From contig CAMTXH010000011.1 in assembly GCA_947085655.1 (NCBI GenBank), forward strand, positions 1,515-65,514: a stretch of 64,000 nucleotides of DNA, given 5' to 3'. Made by a program: the position numbers and the translations under genes. Shown here one piece after another: positions 62,826-64,000 of this stretch (its first letter is position 1; each line of letters begins with the position of its first letter). The notes beneath the pieces were generated by a model. That model did no database searches. It saw only the letters and a list, made by a program, of their open reading frames with translations, and was not told the origin of the DNA. The stretch comes from an uncultured Omnitrophica bacterium (GTDB taxonomy: Bacteria; Omnitrophota; Gorgyraeia; JACQQV01).

Positions 62826-63997
62826 CAGTTTCATTTCTCGAAGAAACCCTTACGACATTGAAAGAGGCGGGGCTGCACCGGCGTCTCCGGATCTTGGAAT
62901 CGAGCCCTGCCCCCCGCGCCACGATTGACGGGAGAAGCGTTCTCCTTTTCTCAAGTAATAACACCCTCGGCCTTTCCTGCCACCCGAAGGTGATCGAAGC
63001 GGCGGTGTCGGCAACGCGAGAATACGGCACCGGCGCAGCCGCCTCGCGCCTCATCTCAGGAAACCTCAAACTCTACACTGTCCTTGAGGAAAAGATTGCC
63101 CGGTTGAAAAAGACAGAGGCCGCCGTCATCTTTTCATCGGGCTATGCCACGAATCTCGGAACGATCCAAGCGCTAGCTGAGCCGGGAGACCTGATCCTGA
63201 TCGATAAATTGAATCACGCCTCCATTATCGACGGATGCCGGTTGAGCGGTGCACACCTCAGGACCTACCGGCATAAAAATATGTCGCTTCTTGAATCCCA
63301 TCTCGCAAAATCCGACCCTGCTCGGAAGACACTTGTCATTACCGACGGCATCTTCAGCATGGACGGCGACCTTGCGCCCCTTCCGGAAATCCATGCGCTC
63401 ACCAAGCGATACGGGGCAATGTTAATGGTGGACGATGCCCATGCGACAGGGGTCTGGGGAGAAAAAGGGGAAGGAACGGTTCATGCAGCCAGAATCAACG
63501 ACCGCGAAATCATCCAGATGGGAACATTCAGCAAAGCACTCGGGAGTCTCGGGGGATTTGTGGCTGGTTCAAAATCGCTCATCGATTTTTTGGTGAATGA
63601 GGCACGAAGTCTCATCTATTCGACCGCGCTTCCACCGGGGGTGCTGGCCGCAAGCATCGCCGCGATCAGCGTATTAGAGGAAGAACCGGAAATATTAATC
63701 AACTACAAGAAAAAATTGCAGTTTTTCAAGGAGGGCCTCACACAACTCGGTTACGACCCGATGGGAAGCGAAACCCATATCCTGCCGGTTCGAATCGGCG
63801 AGAATGAGGCGGCAGTCGGTTTTGCCAAGGCCCTTTATGAAGAAGGGCTTTTTGCGCCTGCCATCCGTCCGCCGACCGTTCCAAAGGGAACAGCCCGGAT
63901 CCGCCTGACACCCATGGCGACGCATACCGAGGAGGACTTGGAACAGGCGCTCGATATTCTGAAACGGGTCGGCCGCCGCTTCGGCATCATTCAATGA
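62822..63997 (+). CDS. bioF: 8-amino-7-oxononanoate synthase
   Basis: SSNNTLGL, SRLISGN, FSSGY, NHASIIDG, SMDGD, VDDAH, PLP Lys in GTFSKA, and AIRPPTVP. Confidence 0.93.
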   Translation: MTVSFLEETLTTLKEAGLHRRLRILESSPAPRATIDGRSVLLFSSNNTLGLSCHPKVIEAAVSATREYGTGAAASRLISGNLKLYTVLEEKIARLKKTEAAVIFSSGYATNLGTIQALAEPGDLILIDKLNHASIIDGCRLSGAHLRTYRHKNMSLLESHLAKSDPARKTLVITDGIFSMDGDLAPLPEIHALTKRYGAMLMVDDAHATGVWGEKGEGTVHAARINDREIIQMGTFSKALGSLGGFVAGSKSLIDFLVNEARSLIYSTALPPGVLAASIAAISVLEEEPEILINYKKKLQFFKEGLTQLGYDPMGSETHILPVRIGENEAAVGFAKALYEEGLFAPAIRPPTVPKGTARIRLTPMATHTEEDLEQALDILKRVGRRFGIIQ

Positions 63998-64000
63998 TGG

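Noticed and set aside
1-64000. CRISPR array, tRNA or rRNA genes
   Set aside because: No regularly spaced direct repeats, cloverleaf or rRNA-like tracts were seen. The intergenic gaps are short and explained by palindromic repeats or promoters.
1-64000. Frequent CCGG/TCCGGA words as a signal motif
   Set aside because: Plausibly explained by CGG (Arg) and CCG (Pro) codon preference. I could not quantify this without computation.

Overview
A gene-dense, mostly + strand window from a diderm bacterium with moderately high GC. Gene style suggests a Candidatus Omnitrophota-like organism, which is inference only. From left to right it holds: (1) a sugar ABC transporter with an SBP-permease fusion and a permease carrying a CBM-like insert, divergent from an SSS symporter; (2) a TIM-barrel isomerase and a DUF294 nucleotidyltransferase-like gene; (3) a ~21 kb Wzx/Wzy polysaccharide locus with a TPR-Wza fusion, a split Wzc whose kinase has Walker A K>R, GT2/GT4/three GT-C enzymes, methyltransferases, a Thr-type sulfatase-fold enzyme and a clan GH-A hydrolase; (4) an inverted islet with an FG-GAP protein, a methyltransferase and a SPASM remnant; (5) an operon resembling the plant prenol-salvage route (VTE5/FOLK-like kinase, FLDH-like reductase, DUF92/VTE6-like protein, UbiA prenyltransferase) coupled to a priming phosphoglycosyltransferase; (6) ROK-GH94-ROK, a RAYT-like HUH transposase bounded by 13-bp inverted repeats, and a phosphohexomutase; (7) an unusual RND locus (AMIN-TolC-FlgT_C-like, MFP, RND with a C-terminal winged-HTH, RND with extra TM helices, and a membrane-anchored coiled coil with the same FlgT_C-like domain); (8) fabF-like, bioU and bioF. 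Intergenic regions carry at least three families of nested palindromic repeats, several of which end on gene stop codons. The best candidates for undescribed systems are the RND-wHTH machine, the prenol-salvage operon and the RAYT/repeat system. No rRNA, tRNA or CRISPR array was seen. All domain calls come from reading motifs by eye, not from database searches.
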